DNA of 63,965 nucleotides, filler included, from Octopus bimaculoides (lineage: Eukaryota), in NCBI RefSeq assembly GCF_001194135.2. It is 7 parts of 7 records of this genome, joined end to end, with 100 filler letters (N's around TTAATTAATTAA, not from the genome) between each part and the next. Parts side by side here need not be neighbours in the genome. Positions count along the whole stretch, not along the records: positions 30,795 to 45,574 come from NC_068990.1; positions 45,675 to 52,851 come from NC_069002.1; positions 52,952 to 60,519 come from NC_068999.1; 4 more parts are not named here. One strand, written 5' to 3'. The notes beneath the pieces are model-generated. The model was not told the origin of the DNA and ran no database searches. It worked only from the letters and a program-made list of their open reading frames with translations. A program made the position numbers and the translations under genes. Positions 40,301 to 53,427 of the stretch are shown here, piece by piece; the stretch's first letter is position 1, and every line of letters begins with the position of its first letter.

Positions 40301-40795
40301 TAAGTAACAAAATAATAATCATTCCCATAAAGGTGTGCATGTAGATACTTATTTTGTAAATATCAACTTATTCAGCTGGATTTCTGTCAGCATATTCAAA
40401 TGATATCTCAAATGAATTCTGTATTTTTCAAGTTTCCAACTGGTTTGTTGTCTTTCATTTTGCAATCTTCACATTGGTAATCTTCAAGTTTCTGTATATC
40501 TATCTTTATATCCTGCTTCGGGATATTTGCTGCTTAACCCTAGAATATTCAAATTTACTTTGTTATATATAATAGTTATTTCTTTTATCTTTTACTTGTA
40601 TTAATCATTAGACTGTAGTCATGCTGGGGCACTAACTTGAATTTTTTTAGTCGAATGAATTGCACTCAGCACTTATTCTTTTAAAGCCTGGTACTTATTC
40701 TATCAGTTCCTTATGCTGAACCACTAAGTTACAGGGAAGTAAACACACCAACACTAGTTGTCAAGTGGTGGTGGGGGACAGACACAGACACAAAG

Positions 40796-40839
<44 letters not shown>

Positions 40840-41651
40840 ACATGATTGGTTTCTTTTAGTTTTTGTCTACCAGATCCACTTACAAGGCTTTGGGTGGTAT
40901 GAAGCTATAGTAGAAGACACTTGCTCAAGGTGCCGTGGAGTAGGACTGAGCCCAGAACCATGTGGTTAAGAAGCAAGCTCCTTACTGCACAGCCACACCT
41001 GTGCCTATTTATTCACATTTTATAAACTTAATCCTATATTATCTTGTAGCTTCTTGATTTTAGTGATGTGACTGCTTATTTTTAGAATGACATTGCAAGA
41101 TATGTGTGTGAGGCTGGATCTGGTCAGTTTGAGCATAGAACATTTGGAATATTTTGGCTGGATATGGTTCATTTAAATGCTAAAGGGTTAAAATCTTGTA
41201 TTAATTTTTTTGTATGTGTGTGTGTGCGTGTATGTTTATAGTTATTTGTGTGTATGCATGTATATATATATGTATTTTGTATTTTGATATATATATTTTT
41301 TTTTTGCACTCATTATTTTCTTTCATTATAGATTATTATTAGCTGTTCTTGTTACTTGTTTCAGTCATTTGACTGTGGCCATACTGGAGCATTGCCTTAA
41401 AGGGTTTTAGTTGAAGGGATTGACCCCAGGACTTATTCTTTGTAAGCCTAGTACTTATTCTATCGATCTCTTTTGCCGAGCTGCTAGGTTACGAGGACAT
41501 GAACACACCAGCATCAGTTATCAAGCAATAAATGGGGATTCATAGACATACACACATAAATGCATACATACATACATGCACACACTCACACACACACATG
41601 CATACATACATACATACATACATACATACATACATACATACATACATACAT

Positions 41652-41682
<31 letters not shown>

Positions 41683-42183
41683 NNNNNNNNNNNNNNNNNN
41701 NNNNNNNNNNNNNNNNNNNNNNNNNNNNNNNNNNNNNNNNNNNNNNNNNNNNNNNNNNNNNNNNNNNNNNNNNNNNNNNNNNNNNNNNNNNNNNNNNNNN
41801 NNNNNNNNNNNNNNNNNNNNNNNNNNNNNNNNNNNNNNNNNNNNNNNNNNNNNNNNNNNNNNNNNNNNNNNNNNNNNNNNNNNNNNNNNNNNNNNNNNNN
41901 NNNNNNNNNNNNNNNNNNNNNNNNNNNNNNNNNNNNNNNNNNNNNNNNNNNNNNNNNNNNNNNNNNNNNNNNNNNNNNNNNNNNNNNNNNNNNNNNNNNN
42001 NNNNNNNNNNNNNNNNNNNNNNNNNNNNNNNNNNNNNNNNNNNNNNNNNNNNNNNNNNNNNNNNNNNNNNNNNNNNNNNNNNNNNNNNNNNNNNNNNNNN
42101 NNNNNNNNNNNNNNNNNNNNNNNNNNNNNNNNNNNNNNNNNNNNNNNNNNNNNNNNNNNNNNNNNNNNNNNNNNNTGTTTTCC

Positions 42184-42232
<49 letters not shown>

Positions 42233-42608
42233 TACATACATATATATATAAATATATATGACATGCTTCTTTCAGTTTCCATCTACCAAATCCACTCACA
42301 AGGCTTTGGTTGGCTCGAGGCTATAGTGGAAGACACTTACCCAAGGTGCCATGCAGTGGGACTGAACCTGGAGCCATGTGGTTGGGAAGCAAGCTTCTTA
42401 CCACACAGTCAAGCCTGACTATTTTATTCTTTTATGACACTTACCTTAACCTTTTAGTGACCATATTTTTGTCGAAGCACACTGCCTTTGGTTCAGGTAA
42501 TTTTGAAAACGATAAAGAATTTAGTAATGAAACTTTGTCATTATTAATCTGGTATTTAGAAGATAAATCAACTTGAAATTTTGAAAGAAGGTTTTAATTT
42601 AGATCTGT

Positions 42609-42836
42609 TTAACCCTTTAGCATTTGGGTTTCTCTGTGACATGTATTGCTTATTTATTCATATTGCTTTGAATTAATCATGAATTATCTTGTAGCTTTGA
42701 GATATCGATGATGTGATTGTTGACATTTAGAATGACATTGTAGGGTAGGTGTGAGAGGTTGAATCTAGCCAGTTTGAACATATAGCAGGTACAATATATT
42801 GGCTGGATATGGCCAGTTTAAATGCTAAAGGGTTAA
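42609..42836 (-). mobile_element. piggyBac-type MITE. Other copies: 42915-43143 (opposite orientation), 22080-22299, 41030-41190
   Basis: TTAA-CCCTTTAGCATT ... AATGCTAAAGGG-TTAA termini. Confidence 0.8.
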
Positions 42837-43749
42837 ACCTGAAGTTTGTGTCATAAAAGCAGAGGTTGTCTCAGGTGGGCTGATATCAAAAGGGTTAATT
42901 TGCATTTGGAAATTTGAACCATTAGCCATTTAACATTTAAACTGGCTATATATGGCCAAAATATTCTACTTGTTTTATATTGTGATTGGCCAAATCTGGC
43001 TCCTCACACCCACTCTACAATGACATTCTAAAACTAACACATCATCAAACTCTTAAAGCTACAAAATAATTCATAATCAATTCAAAGTAATGTGAATAAA
43101 TAAGATTACATTTAACAGAATAATCTGAACAGTAAAGGGTTAACTAGCTTACATTGACAGCTTCTATTTAATGACTGGTACTATATATATATATATATAT
43201 ATANNNNNNNNNNNNNNNNNNNNNNNNNNNNNNNNNNNNNNNNNNNNNNNNNNNNNNNNNNNNNNNNNNNNNNNNNNNNNNNNNNNNNNNNNNNNNNNNN
43301 NNNNNNNNNNNNNNNNNNNNNNNNNNNNNNNNNNNNNNNNNNNNNNNNNNNNNNNNNNNNNNNNNNNNNNNNNNNNNNNNNNNNNNNNNNNNNNNNNNNN
43401 NNNNNNNNNNNNNNNNNNNNNNNNNNNNNNNNNNNNNNNNNNNNNNNNNNNNNNNNNNNNNNNNNNNNNNNNNNNNNNNNNNNNNNNNNNNNNNNNNNNN
43501 NNNNNNNNNNNNNNNNNNNNNNNNNNNNNNNNNNNNNNNNNNNNNNNNNNNNNNNNNNNNNNNNNNNNNNNNNNNNNNNNNNNNNNNNNNNNNNNNNNNN
43601 NNNNNNNNNNNNNNNNNNNNNNNNNNNNNNNNNNNNNNNNNNNNNNNNNNNNNNNNNNNNNNNNNNNNNNNNNNNNNNNNNNNNNNNNNNNNNNNNNNNN
43701 NNNNNNNNNNNNNNNNNNNNNNNNNNNNNNNNNNNNNNNNNNNNNNNNN

Positions 43750-43799
<50 letters not shown>

Positions 43800-45070
43800 A
43801 TATATATGATGGACTTCTTTCAGTTTCTGTCTATCAAAGGATAAGGCTTTGGTTGGCCAAAGGGTATAGTAGAAGACTTGCTCAGGGTGCCACACAGTAG
43901 GACTGAACTTGGAACCATGTGGCTGGGAAGCATACCTCTTACCAAACAGCCGTGCTTGCACCTATATGATATCAAATTTGCATATGTAATTTACATATTT
44001 CTTAACTACAGAATATTTTGAACTTACATTTTAATATTTACACTACAACTTTGTTACCATACACTTTTATTCCAAATGACCCACTTGAGTGTTTTGGATA
44101 TTTGGTCAAATAAATCAGTCTTTTAATGCAATTAGTAACATTTTCATGGTTCTTCCTAAATACTCAGTTAAATAACATTTAATCATATGTTCTTCAATTT
44201 TTTTTTTGTCATATGCTACATAAATAAACTAATTGAATACTTCTAAGTTATGACTGAATATTGATAATATTGAGCTCTTATTATGTTTGTTGTTTAGATG
44301 GTGAAAATCCCAATTTTTTTTTCACCATTCATAGATTCTAATAACATTAATATTTTATATAAATACTCAATCACAACTTCTCATATCAGTTTTTAAAAAA
44401 ATACACATTAACCAATGTTTCTTGTATTGTTGATTGTGCACTTAGATTTTGGCTTTATTTTCCAAGCCTTTAAGCATGAATTTTATTAATTAGACTGTCA
44501 ATTTGAATTAGTTTCTGTCTGACTTTAATTAACTTGGTATGCAACATTCCTATCAATTCCTATAATTTTTAGCCAATTAGTTATTTTTCTTTTAAGACTT
44601 AATTTTATCCTGTAATTTTGTTTTGCAAGTTAAAATTATTCCATATCACTTCCTTGATCTCATGATATTTTATCTTTTGATTTATTCCATAAAATACAAG
44701 GCTTTTGTTGTCACCATAGAACATTAAATTGATAAACTTTAACATTTTAAAATATACATTTAAATTCAAAACAGTTTTTGAGAGTATTAAATACATTTTA
44801 TGGTTTAAAGTAAACTTCTGAAACTATCTCTTCTCACATATGATATGTACATATATATATATATATATATACACNNNNNNNNNNATATATATATATATAT
44901 ATATCAAATGTAAGAAGACATATTTTATTTTATGTGTGTGAGTGTTTGTGTGTGTGCGTGTGTATGTGTGTGCATGTGCATATGTGTGTATATATGTATA
45001 TATACATATATGTGTCTATATATATATGTATTTGTATATGTATATATGTGTACACACATGTGTGTGTGCG

Positions 45071-45104
<34 letters not shown>

Positions 45105-45527
45105 TATATTTCACTGCGAGGGTATGTACTCCTCTTATAGGGAAGAATCCATCCTGGTTACACTGGTTTAATACCCTATATCTATCATAAATATTACATC
45201 GATATAAATGGGTTTATAAATATCACATTGATATAAATGGGTTTATCAAAAATATAGAATATGACAAACGAAGAAAATTGCGAGTATATACCTACAAATG
45301 TTTCAATTTTATTCAATACTAATTTATAAATAAAATAAAAACAAAAATTTGCATTTAGAATATTATATGAGTAAAAACTCACCAGGGCTAATTTAGATAA
45401 AAGGATTACATGTTAGTAGGTTGAGATTTTAAAACAGATTGAATAAAGGAAAATATGTTTATATGCATGTGTAGGTGTTAAAACAGAAATTCACAGACAT
45501 GTATATATATATATATGTGTGTATATT

Positions 45528-45574
<47 letters not shown>

Positions 45575-45674
45575 NNNNNNNNNNNNNNNNNNNNNNNNNN
45601 NNNNNNNNNNNNNNNNNNTTAATTAATTAANNNNNNNNNNNNNNNNNNNNNNNNNNNNNNNNNNNNNNNNNNNN

Positions 45675-45716
<42 letters not shown>

Positions 45717-45717
45717 T

Positions 45718-45787
<70 letters not shown>

Positions 45788-45859
45788 GGATATCAATATT
45801 TAGCTTCTCAATGTGTACATGAGCAAGAGAGAGAGGGGGGATTTATGATGGAATTCTGT

Positions 45860-45990
45860 GAGCGTCTGACGAAATACTTTGCAACATTTGTTACAACTTT
45901 TTATGTTCTCAATGTCCAAGCAGGTGTGCTGAACTTGTCTGTATAGAGCCGTCAAGATGGCGTTTTGTATATAAATGGCCAAAAGGCAAG
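45860..45990. promoter_or_regulatory. Possible promoter element (YY1-type CAAGATGGCG at 45953-45962)
   Basis: Motif in a short non-repetitive CpG-containing stretch. No exon is attached. Confidence 0.25.
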
Positions 45991-46539
45991 CAAATCACCA
46001 AAGTCGTTTCTCAACATTATATATAAGTGCATATGCACGTATATGTTTTTGTGCGTGTAGCATGCTGCATGTGTGTGTGTATGTATGTGCGTGTGTGGTA
46101 TGTGTGGTATGTGTGTGAATATGTGTATGATTTCTGGTCTCCATGTTTGAGTTTCACGTTAGCGATTATTCAAATGACTGAAGTGGGAAGGAACATGCGA
46201 CGTTATATAAGGAAAATATTCATTTGATAACACATTGATAACACATAATTAGATATCGAAATTTGATTGATTGTCGAAAATCATATAGGACTTGCGTCAC
46301 ACATTCATATATTGAACTCCCATGCTCAAAAACTTCATCTATATTCACCGATTCACCGATGTAACATTAGCTTGTTCATACTCGAAAATTTCTTAAGAAA
46401 TATCAATGGAAACGTTTGCGGTCTTTTCTTGAAATTCATTAAAGGCTGAAATATTTGTTGTTGTTGTGATTATTATTTCTCCCTGGTGGCAAATAAAAGA
46501 AATCATCATCATCATCATCATTATTATTATTATTGTGTG

Positions 46540-47069
46540 AGAGAGCATTGCTTGCCATCAAAGTGACACTGGAGTAAAATATACGAAGCCCAGTATACCC
46601 ATCATGATTACCCGTCTGATAAGGGTATACTAGGCACATGCATCACAACCATATGTGCGTGACATGGTGGTCTTATATCAATGTAAGCAGCATATGACCT
46701 TGCAGGTGGGGCCCAGTTAGAATTTTCTTCAGGTTGAGTAGCCCATNNNNNNNNNNTCACCCAGGCCATACTGAGGCTTTTCTTCTTTGTGCGGCTGTCT
46801 TCAGTTATGGCTTTATTGATCAATAATTGATCTTTACAGCCGTATGAGCCTTTGCAGCATCCCTTCTACTCTTCTGGAAACAGGTTGTTATTTTCCAGGT
46901 GCTTACTCAATCTCTGCGATATTATTGCAGTAAAGGCTTTGTAGATCGTAGGAGACAGGTTATAGGTGTTTTAACCAGAAGTTGGGGATCTTGTCGTGCC
47001 CAGGCGCCTTCCAGTTGCTCAGTCTTTGCAGTGTCTCAGTGACCTTTTCAGTTGTTATAGGGGTTCAGA

Positions 47070-47070
<1 letters not shown>
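46540..47070 (-). mobile_element. R4/Dong-like LINE RT fragment plus probable 3' UTR with (AAT)n/(GAT)n tail. The same UTR-like sequence lies at 12090-12615 (+)
   Basis: LQRLSNWKAPGHDKIPNFWLKHL and INKAITEDSRTKKKSLSMAWV. Confidence 0.75.
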
Positions 47071-47124
<54 letters not shown>

Positions 47125-47599
47125 GTACGTGTGTTTTATCGTAAGTTTTATCGCTTTAATTTGTCTCCGAAAGTTGTTGTTTATTTTATTACAAAATGTT
47201 TGTCGAAACCACCGCCATTGCATAGATCTGGTTGGCGCGTCTGTTTTGTATCCCCTTAGGGGTTCAAATCCGAAAAGAAAATATTCAATTTGTTTTGGAA
47301 AAAATAATTATTAAAGCAAACATAGCGACATCTTTCAAACAGAAGGGGAGGTGAGCTCTTACCAAGCTCAAAGTATAGTGGACCACACGATCACTATGAC
47401 AACAAACAACGGGAGCAACAGCAACAACGACAACACAGCACGCGGGAATTTAATTCTAATTATGAAGTTGATTTCCCTGCAATGCCAAAGACATCAACTG
47501 ACAGCAACAACAATACGACAACGAGCACGGAACAATTATGATAGAGGAAAAAAAACAAAAACAACAGCAGCCTCGTCAACTTAAACAGCATTAATATTT

Positions 47600-48900
47600 C
47601 CAAACATCAACAACAATACGTTCGCAGCGATGGTTACAAAAGGCACAGGGCTGTACAGTGTACAGGATGGATAGCCTACAGAAGGATATATGTCTGGCCC
47701 GAGCGGCAAACTGATACGGCTGGAAAAGCGCGGGCGGACATTGTCCTGTGTGGCAGAAACACAAAAAACAACTGTAGTTGATAAATGTTTCCATAAAGAC
47801 AAAGCGACAAGAGACAGCTCGTGAGGCTGATGTGGAAGGCACACTGAAAGAGATAACGCCCGACATTCAGCATGTCTCGACGTAAAAACAGTTTGCAGAC
47901 GTTTCAGGGCTCTTCAAGTCTCTGGCCACCAAATATTCCGGGCTTCCCTGCCGGAGCGAAAAGTATGTGGTGTAGGAGTGGCTGTGTGGTAAGTAGCCTG
48001 CTTACGAACCACATGGTTCCGGGTTCAGTCCCACTGCGTGGCACCTTGGGCAAGTGTCTTCTACTATAGCCTAACAGGCTGATAGAATAAGCACTAGGCT
48101 TAAAAAGAATAAGTCCTAAAGTCGATTTGCGCGACTAAAGGCGGTGCTCCAGCATGGCCGCAGTCAAATGACTGAAACAATAAAAAGAGTAAAAGAGTAA
48201 AAGAGAGGTCTACCGCTCGTATTTAGGAAGAAGGATGGTGCGCATAACAGTCTCAGGAATTTCACCGAAAGTAAATTTATGATGGATTTTTGCGTGTATC
48301 TTTTAAGAAGGGAGTAACAACTTCGTATAGGTGAAGCAGATTCGACGTGAAAATTGGTCTAGGATCAATGCTACTCCATATTATACCAGACACGAACCAT
48401 AAGACTTCAGACTTCATTCGCCTTCCAGGAGGAGAAGAGCTGCATGTTATTGGTTGAGGATAGAAATCCACGGTGCCGCCAGTGTGAGGAGATAGAACAC
48501 TAGAGGGCTTCGTGTCCTCAACAGAAGACAGGGAGTCATAGAACCCGCTTACTCCCAACACCAAGTCCCCAAAAGCCTCAACAAGTAAACCAGCAACGAA
48601 CAATAACAAAAGCGGCGCCAAACCTGGTAAAACGGCATCATCGACAACAGGAACAGCAAAAGCAGCAAATACTGGAAGCTCGCAAACACCAACAGCGGAT
48701 GCACTACCACCACCTTCGAAAGTAGAATGGATAATAGTAACGGATACACACAACACCCAGCGTCTCTCCCAACGAAGCTCTCCAACTCCCTCCCTCTCTC
48801 CGTCTCGTCTAAACTCAAATACATACATAGACTCTCACCCCCGATTCCACAGACACGGATTCATCTGCATCACCCAATAAAAATGAGGGGGGGACCCCAA
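47600..48900 (+). mobile_element. Decayed L1/Tx1-type LINE ORF1 with a gag-like zinc knuckle
   Basis: VEDRNPRCRQCEEIEH*RASCPQ is CX2CX4HX4C at 48474-48515 with an in-frame stop. YLGRRMVRITVSGISP lies upstream, and the fragment is interrupted by a SINE. Confidence 0.65.
47965..48205 (+). mobile_element. CORE-like SINE inserted in an older LINE. Other copies: 5963-6075 (-), 7310-7660 (-), 40590-41010 (-), 41345-42415 (-, gapped), 43805-43965 (-), 52975-53170 (+), 53870-54460 (-), 57335-57500 (+), 60635-61355 (+)
   Basis: Same head and tail motifs as 12838-13225, with a (AAAAGAGT)n tail. Confidence 0.8.
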
Positions 48901-49178
48901 AACCAAAGGAAAAGGACAAAAATAAAATACAGTCCTGTTTGAAATCACAAACTATTCAGAGTTTTCGATGTTTTGATCTGGATTAAATTCTTTGATCTTC
49001 AGAATTTAGTCGTGTTGATGTTATTGGCGTATCAGATAATTTCTCCCAAGACAAAAGCCATCATAGATATTGTTAAAGAACCTTCTGTTAATCAAAACAG
49101 CTCTTACACTCCCGTATATGATTCCCTGTAAGACATTTGGAGAATTCAATGTAAGAGGCAACGACCTGAAATTGTTTC

Positions 49179-49215
<37 letters not shown>

Positions 49216-49702
49216 TTATCTATCTATCTATCTAACAGTCTGTCTGTCTTTCTATGACTCAGTCTATCTATCAATCTATCTTTCCCTCTTCTCTACAATC
49301 TCTATTACTTTATAAATCGGTGTGTTATTGCGCCTTTCAGCATTTCTGGTGAGTTATATAAATTTCCCTTTTACTGTAATTCTCGCTTCTTTACAAACAG
49401 CTGATTTATTATCCAGGCTGTCTGCGAGATACACAATCTAACTGAGAGAGAAAATCTATGCTTCTAACCAAAACAAAAGCTAATAAAAAGAAAATACATT
49501 AAGTCGCAATTGCAATCCTTTCGTTGCTGGACCTACATGCTTATTCGAACAAATAACAACAGCCAAAACAAAGCGTTTTCGAACGGGGCCAAAGACAACT
49601 TCTGAAATATTATTTGATATTCCCTTTGGAGAGTTACGTAATACACTTTTATAAATAAATGCACATATGCATATATGTGTATGTAAGTGAGTTTATGCAT
49701 AT

Positions 49703-49761
<59 letters not shown>

Positions 49762-50713
49762 NNNNNNNNNNNNNNNNNNNNNNNNNNNNNNNNNNNNNNN
49801 NNNNNNNNNNNNNNNNNNNNNNNNNNNNNNNNNNNNNNNNNNNNNNNNNNNNNNNNNNNNNNNNNNNNNNNNNNNNNNNNNNNNNNNNNNNNNNNNNNNN
49901 NNNNNNNNNNNNNNNNNNNNNNNNNNNNNNNNNNNNNNNNNNNNNNNNNNNNNNNNNNNNNNNNNNNNNNNNNNNNNNNNNNNNNNNNNNNNNNNNNNNN
50001 NNNNNNNNNNNNNNNNNNNNNNNNNNNNNNNNNNNNNNNNNNNNNNNNNNNNNNNNNNNNNNNNNNNNNNNNNNNNNNNNNNNNNNNNNNNNNNNNNNNN
50101 NNNNNNNNNNNNNNNNNNNNNNNNNNNNNNNNNNNNNNNNNNNNNNNNNNNNNNNNNNNNNNNNNNNNNNNNNNNNNNNNNNNNNNNNNNNNNNNNNNNN
50201 NNNNNNNNNNNNNNNNNNNNNNNNNNNNNNNNNNNNNNNNNNNNNNNNNNNNNNNNNNNNNNNNNNNNNNNNNNNNNNNNNNNNNNNNNNNNNNNNNNNN
50301 NNNNNNNNNNNNNNNNNNNNNNNNNNNNNNNNNNNNNNNNNNNNNNNNNNNNNNNNNNNNNNNNNNNNNNNNNNNNNNNNNNNNNNNNNNNNNNNNNNNN
50401 NNNNNNNNNNNNNNNNNNNNNNNNNNNNNNNNNNNNNNNNNNNNNNNNNNNNNNNNNNNNNNNNNNNNNNNNNNNNNNNNNNNNNNNNNNNNNNNNNNNN
50501 NNNNNNNNNNNNNNNNNNNNNNNNNNNNNNNNNNNNNNNNNNNNNNNNNNNNNNNNNNNNNNNNNNNNNNNNNNNNNNNNNNNNNNNNNNNNNNNNNNNN
50601 NNNNNNNNNNNNNNNNNNNNNNNNNNNNNNNNNNNNNNNNNNNNNNNNNNNNTACATATATATATATATATACATATATATGCATATATATACACACATA
50701 CTCACTCATTTAC

Positions 50714-50748
<35 letters not shown>

Positions 50749-50902
50749 CATATATGTCTGCGTATATATATAAGTATGTATATATCTATATATGTATGTA
50801 TGTTTGTGTGCATGCATGTATTTAAGCAGGTAGATATATACAAGGATTTGTGTGTATACACCCCAATATATAAGTGACATCGTTTGAATAGATAGGTATG
50901 TG

Positions 50903-50949
<47 letters not shown>

Positions 50950-51106
50950 ACCCAACCCAGTCCCTTGGTACAATTCGGTAATTCTTGTGTGGAGAACAGA
51001 GGGGAATCACAGCATCAGTTTGGTGTGAATTATAATATAAACAATGTCTTGGAGAAATTGTGTCATAGTGGGAGATAGAATACGTAAGGATTTCTATCTT
51101 GAGAAT

Positions 51107-51378
51107 GGGGACGAGCTTTTGAGAGACAAACAAGTTTAAAAGGACGACATGTTGAGGCAAATGAGAACTGGGTCGATACGTTGAAAGAAATGACAACGGG
51201 GTCTTATTGAGACAAACATGAAATTGGACGACATTTTGAAATAAATAAGAATAAGGATGACACGTTGTGAGAAACGAGAATAGGAGCAACATTTTGGAAG
51301 AAACGAAAATGGGGGTGATGTGTTGAAATAAATGGAAATGAGGACATTTTGGAAAATAAACATGAATGAGGGCGACAG
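51107..51378 (+). repeat. Degenerate minisatellite, unit about 28-29 bp, about 9-10 copies
   Basis: Approximate consensus GGACGACATTTTGAAANAAACGARAAT, e.g. GGACGACATGTTGAGGCAAATGAGAACT, GGACGACATTTTGAAATAAATAAGAATAA, GGAGCAACATTTTGGAAGAAACGAAAAT. Confidence 0.7.
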
Positions 51379-52338
51379 GCTAGTTTCTTGCTGTTTTTGT
51401 TGTTATTATTTTCTTCCGACGTCAACTTTGCCTTTCATCCTTTCGGGGTCGATAAAATAAGTACCCTTTTAGCAGTGGGATCGATGTAATCGATTTCTCC
51501 CTTCTCCGAACTTGCTGATTTCGTACCAAAATTTGAAGTCATTATTTTCTTCCCTCATTCCTTGTCGTTGTTAAGACATCCGCGGGACTCAAGGCCATGA
51601 CAGGCGACCATTTTACTGCTTACACCAAAGACGCTTTGTCCTCTCGCCTCAGCCAAACTATCGCTGTATAAACGTCAACAGATTATCATTCAGCCATATT
51701 GTAAAGGTAAATGTGCTTAAACAACCGTATTCTCTTCTCTCGAAATAACCTCTCACAGCATCTAACAATGTCAGAGATTGAAAACTAACTATCGACAACA
51801 GTTTCGGGTAAAACAGCCACATCAACAATAAAGTCGAGATGAACCGCAATCAGTAAGCATGGCTCGAGTGTGTGTCGCCCGGGCCAGCCCTTGAGATTTT
51901 CGCCCCACTCCAAGCACCTAAGCCTATACAGTCATATACAGCAGACCGAAAAGTATCAGCACCACCCCCATAAAAGCATCGCCAGGGAGGGATCCCACCT
52001 TTATCTTCCCACATTATGTAAGATGCTCATATTGTCTGTGATGCAGAAACCCAGTATATTATTCGCCTTGGTTGGCTGGAGCATAATTTGCTCAATGTGT
52101 GCGTATGTATGTGTAATGTATGTACGTATGTATGTATATATTATTTTATTCTTTTACTTGTTTCAGTCATTTGACTGTGGGTATGCTGGAGCACCGCTAG
52201 AAATAAGAGCTAAACTACTCATGCTGTAGTTAACGCACCTGAATGAAAACATATACACTAACAGGGAAAGAAAAATGCCGATCGAAGCATTCCTCAGAGC
52301 ACGCCATTCCTCAGAGCATTAGGTCCTCGGGCCATCCC

Positions 52339-52374
<36 letters not shown>

Positions 52375-52670
52375 TAAAATTAAGAAAATGGAGATGTAGC
52401 ATTAATATAATTTAACTGCAAAAATTCAACATATTTTCTTACAGCTGTTTCGATTTCGCCTAAAGAATTAAATTCTAGTAATTAAATCATTGTATTGAAC
52501 AAATAACTTAACGGTATGTTTTTCTACTCCTCCGATGAGATTTTACCCAATGCAATGATTTAATTACTCGAATTTAATTCTTTGGGCAAAATCGAAACAG
52601 CTGTAAGAGAATATGTTGAATTTTTGCAGTTAATAATTTATATTAATGTTACCTCTCAATTTTTTTAAAT
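52375..52670. repeat. Long imperfect inverted repeat (arms about 100-120 bp, loop about 50 nt)
   Basis: TTAACTGCAAAAATTCAACATATTTTCTTACAGCTGTTTCGATT...AGTAATTAAATCATTGTATTG pairs with CAATGCAATGATTTAATTACT...AATCGAAACAGCTGTAAGAGAATATGTTGAATTTTTGCAGTTAA. Confidence 0.9.
52527..52609 (+). ncRNA. Decayed minimal hammerhead ribozyme (U4->C)
   Basis: CCGATGA at 52532-52538, stem II GATTTT/AAAATC plus CCCAA/TTGGG, GAAAC at 52594-52598, palindromic ACAGCTGT stem III, GUA triplet, weak stem I. Confidence 0.55.
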
Positions 52671-53172
52671 TTTAGTTTGAATATCTATAAACCAAGATTT
52701 ATAGTTAAACTTATTATTTTATGAATATTAGTATTCATTAAAAATGGTAGGCAATGAACCAGTAATTCATTGGCTATTCTTATCCCTTAATGAGGATATT
52801 TTCACACCTATTTAAATATATATATATATATATGGGTATATATGTATATGTNNNNNNNNNNNNNNNNNNNNNNNNNNNNNNNNNNNNNNNNNNNNTTAAT
52901 TAATTAANNNNNNNNNNNNNNNNNNNNNNNNNNNNNNNNNNNNNNNNNNNNATATATATATATATATACGTATGTGTCTGTGTTTCTCCCCCCACTATTG
53001 CTTGACAACAGCCGATGTTGGTGTGTTTACGTCCCCGTAACTTAGTGGTTCGGCAAAAGAGACCAATAGAATAAGTACAAGGATGACAAAGAATAAGTCC
53101 TGGAGTCGATTTGTTCGACTAAAGGTGGTGCTCCAGCATGGCTGCGGTCAAATGACTGAAACAAATAAAAGA

Positions 53173-53210
<38 letters not shown>

Positions 53211-53251
53211 GTAAATATATATATATAATATTTATATATATATATATATTT

Positions 53252-53305
<54 letters not shown>

Positions 53306-53427
53306 GGTAATAAAAGGGTAAAGTTAATTAATTAATCAATCAATTAATTAATAATTTTACCAAGCAGATCGGCACGTTAAAATAACCTTTATAGGTAAAG
53401 TTACACAAATATTCTATAATTATAAAC

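Noticed and set aside
48277-48828. 183-aa minus-strand ORF
   Set aside because: It is the antisense shadow of the decayed plus-strand LINE ORF1.
51107-51378. CRISPR-like periodicity
   Set aside because: The units are contiguous and degenerate with no unique spacers, the DNA is eukaryotic, and there are no cas genes.
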